From positions 20,214,001-20,278,000 of the forward strand of contig NC_087252.1 in the NCBI RefSeq assembly GCF_037042905.1: a stretch of 64,000 nucleotides of DNA, given 5' to 3'. Positions 60,446 through 64,000 of the stretch are shown here, one piece after another (positions within the stretch are counted from its first letter, which is position 1; every line of letters begins with the position of its first letter). This stretch comes from Lytechinus pictus. Taxonomy: Eukaryota. Position numbers and translations under genes: made by a program. The notes beneath the pieces are model-generated. The model was not told where the DNA came from. It was given only the letters and a program-made list of their open reading frames with translations, and did no database searches.

Positions 60446-61599
60446 GGCATTTGCAATGTGTATTTCATGTGATGTCCACCTTGATAACAACAAGCTGAAA
60501 CTTCAGGATAGCTATATAACTTAACAACTGCTGCATTTGCTAGAAAAGTTTGCATTGACAGTAAAATCAAACTTACCAAAGAAAGAGATCCATTATACAG
60601 GAGACTTATTCTACAGAGCATACATTCCTTTGAAAAAAGGAACAAGAGTTTTTGGCCATGGAAAAAATGACAACTTGAATAACTAAAATATAATTACATT
60701 GATGTACATGTAAATTCAATGTAGATTAAAAGTCTAATAACCTTCAAGGTAGTGTTTTTTATGGTATAAAAATCCAGCACATCAAGGGTATATTGATGCT
60801 CACCCTGTTACAACATTTCAATGTTGTGCTGATTATCAACACTTGCTGAGGTTGAGATTTAATATCGATGTCTGACATCAGAGGGAGTTTTAACTCAATC
60901 ACTTTGACAGATGCGTTAGATTATGTAAAGAATAAAAAAACCAAATCATTCCCTTTCTCGAGACACTTGCTTTTTAAACAATGGTAGATTCCCTTGCATT
61001 GTTGTATATGAGAATAATAACATTACAACTCAGTATGTTTTACATATGTCTTGCCATAATAGGAACATTTTAAAATACTCAGTATGTTTTCTGTACAGTA
61101 GTATGTGAATGTCTTGCCATAGTAGGAACATTATTTAAAATTGTGTTCTTAAAATCTTCACCACAAAAACAGAGTGTGTGCCATTTAATGCATATTTAAA
61201 ATGCATTTCAAAAGTACAAGTTAACAGAAGGAGAAGAGAGTGAAGCTCATTATTTAATATGAATGTCAATTTTTTACTTGGCTTTTACAACATGAAGTGT
61301 TTACTGTGCTATAGCAAATCACAGTTTCATGTAGTGAACAGTAAATATTTATTCATAATGGAAGAGCATCAGCGTATATAATTTGAAAACGGTATGACCA
61401 TGTTGTTTAGTATTTTTAAAAGGGACTCCAACCAAAAGAAATTTGACCAACAAGTGTGTAGAAGGTTATACGTAATTGCCAGCTCCAAGTATTACATTTT
61501 AATCAACTTGTTATCCTTATGAAAAAGGGGGGCGGTGTAAATTATTAGTGCTTACAGCATTACATAAATCCCAGCATTGATATAATGAAAAATGATGTA

Positions 61600-63339
61600 C
61601 TACACAACAAAAGACTGTACGATCTGGGCCCGGACAGCGATGGCTGCTGCATCTCCCCTTTCCCTGTTGATTTCTCCTTCCATGTTGTCATCGATCATGT
61701 GGTCATCTTCGTTATCGTCTCCTGCTGGCTGTCTGAATCTTTTACTAATGTTAAATAATATGCAACATGCTGTGATGATACTGCAGGCCCTATTTGGTCG
61801 AATTTGTAGGCCATGACCGAGCAGACATCTAAATTTATTTTTCAACTGTCCATTCAATTGTTCGATAATTGATCTCGTCTTGCACTGTGCACTGTGGAAT
61901 AAAGTAGATAATGTTTGATTATCAAAATAATTTCATCTCAAGCAAAATGATATTTAAAGGCAATCTGTATGGACAAAAATGTTCAAGATAGCTTTGTGAT
62001 GAGAAAAAAAGAAATTAGGAAAACATTTGGTTTGAAAAGAAGCCACAAAAGGTATCAATATTTTGGCATTTTAAGACTACGAAGGCTGAGGATAAGCGGA
62101 TATATCTCAAAGCAAACAATATCATTGTTAGTGGATACATGAAGTATAGAAAACATTACAGAGTACATGTCTAGTTGTAAATTTTCCAGGATTTCTTGTA
62201 ATCACATATGAGTCTGCCAAAATCAAATATAAGAATTACTTTTCACTACATGGCAGTTATGACTTGAGAAGGTAGACTTATGCAGACACTATTGATATAC
62301 GATTAGTTGCACGGTGGATCATAAAGCGAGTGTCGACTGTGATGTGTAGCATTTATTACATGGTACAGAAATCGCTCATTCAAGCAATTTCAAAAATTTT
62401 CTTTTTTTACAAGGAAAAGTTGAATTGCTCACTTGTTGTAGGCTTGTTCCTCTGGTGTCTGTGGATTAAGGATGGGGGTCATTAACCATGTCATCAAGGG
62501 ATAACCAGAGTCGCCGAGGATGATCCCTTTCAGTTCTCCATTATTGTACTTGCGGTACGGTCTGCTATTCTGTTAACAAATTAATAGATGAATAAATCAA
62601 AGTTACTAAGATATCTCAGGTTTATGGTGATGCTTTTCTAACAATTAAGTTCGCTTAATCTTGTGAAGATTTGGATTTTCCTTTCCATAATGATTTCTTT
62701 TAGCAAGGATTTGTAATGTATCGCTTAGGATCTATGATCATATGCAAAGTGGCAATTTAAGTCCACAGCAATGTATATAGTATTTGACATTAAGTACAAT
62801 AATACACTTCAAGAATACAATTGTACAAATCTAAGATGCAAATGATGCTGATTATTTTACCCCCAAAGAATAATTATTACCGTGGTGATAACTGATAAAG
62901 GTCTGCAAGCGTAGACTATACTATGTTATTTCACATGACCACTAGGAGCTGGCTCCTACAAAGATGGTCACAGTGATGTTGTTGCAGCTAACCTAATATA
63001 TGTCTCTTGTACGTTACAAAGATCTGACTACTAGTATGTTGTTTGCCTCCAACATAAGTCTGTAATAATTACCTGAAGAACTCTGGAGTCGTGGGTACTC
63101 CCCGGCCATCTTGCAACGACATTGATTATCTGGAATTTTGTATTGCAAGCTAATTGGACATTGATGGAAGACCTGCCCTTCCTATTGGTGTAAACGTATT
63201 CGTCGGGGCCTAATGGGCAGCCATGAAGGCACACATGGGTACCATCAACAGCCCCTACCACTCTCGGAAATCTTGCAATTCTATAAAAATCCTGAATGTT
63301 GGCAGCTGTTTCTTCATCGGTCCTTGGGAACTTGATGAA
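61600..63339 (-). CDS. Harbinger DDE transposase (HARBI1-like, DDE_Tnp_4), last three exons; N-terminal exon(s) beyond the window
   Basis: Exons: 63339-63073 (FIKFP..FPRVVGAVDGTHV..NRKG..SINVQ..RWPGSTHDSRVLQ); 62569-62433 (..IILGDSGYPLMTWLMTP..EQAYN); 61891-61600 (AQCKTRSIIEQLNGQLKNKFRCL..TAG). Introns are GT-AG, phases 0 and 2 match, and the D-D-E triad is intact. Confidence 0.92.
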
Positions 63340-64000
63340 CTGTCAACACATACAGGATAAAGAAAACAAAAAGAATATTTAACATTATTTTGTGGAATTA
63401 AAGATAAATCTCTTTTATTGCACTGTTATGCTGAGAAAAAAAAATATTACACTTGTATATACTTTTGTTATTGGAATGTAGAAATAAATAAATCAAATTA
63501 AATCAACATTTCCCTTACGTGTTTATGAGAGTATGATAATCCACAAAGAAAGGGATGAATGATGTTGTATGAGCAGTGAAAATACAGCTTGAAAAGTCGG
63601 TGAGTTCAGAGGCAATGAGAAGAGAAGTAGCAACAACCCCAAAAATGTTTTCTAAAAGGATTTTCCTCAAGCAAGATAAAAGGGAGCAACAATATGAGGC
63701 AATGTTTACAACAAAGTTGGCAATCAAACTTAATGTTTGTATGTATTAAATTTGGGATGCCTTTGAAATTATATGCCCTGTATCAAAACAGGTACCATGA
63801 GCATAAACATTATGGAAAATTGGTGTCTGAATCCATTACATTTGGTAAAAGACAGTATTTCATAGCTTTTGGAATTTAATTTTTTTTTTTTTTTTTGGTG
63901 GGGGGGGGGGGGGAAGGCTGACAATAAAAAGGTTGCAATAAGATTGTTATCTTATATTTTTGAAAAATGTTATTGATAAAGTTGGGTGTAAATGCTCTCA

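Larger units (their letters stand above)
51500..64000. mobile_element. Large autonomous-type PIF/Harbinger DNA transposon (right end outside the window)
   Basis: Probable left terminus CTG|GGGCCTGTTGCAGAAAG with clustered GCAACT/AGTTGC subterminal repeats (51500-51640). It is followed by a Myb/SANT gene (+) and a convergent DDE transposase gene (-), the canonical two-gene Harbinger layout. Confidence 0.8.

Overview
This is an AT-rich metazoan genomic window. The repeat families and gene types suggest a marine deuterostome, most likely a sea urchin (inference). 1-31 kb is a tandem segmental duplication of a ~10-15 kb block, with at least 3 copies. The block carries decayed L1/Tx1 and CR1/L2 LINEs, SINEs, MITEs, a small intronless orphan gene (13976-14251 and 29690-29950, minus strand) and two satellite arrays whose monomers are internally deleted copies of that gene. 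A nested Transib-type element at 1294-2476 has an end resembling a 12-bp-spacer RSS. 31-41 kb holds pseudogenes of a membrane-anchored alpha/beta-hydrolase-like gene and an SLC16/MCT transporter. 42-50 kb holds the first exons of an Ig-superfamily gene, whose upstream region is an inverted homolog of the MCT pseudogene's upstream region. 51.5 kb to the end is a large, intron-containing PIF/Harbinger element with an intact Myb/SANT gene (+) and a convergent DDE transposase (-) that runs off the window. All calls were made by eye from the sequence; no database searches were run.
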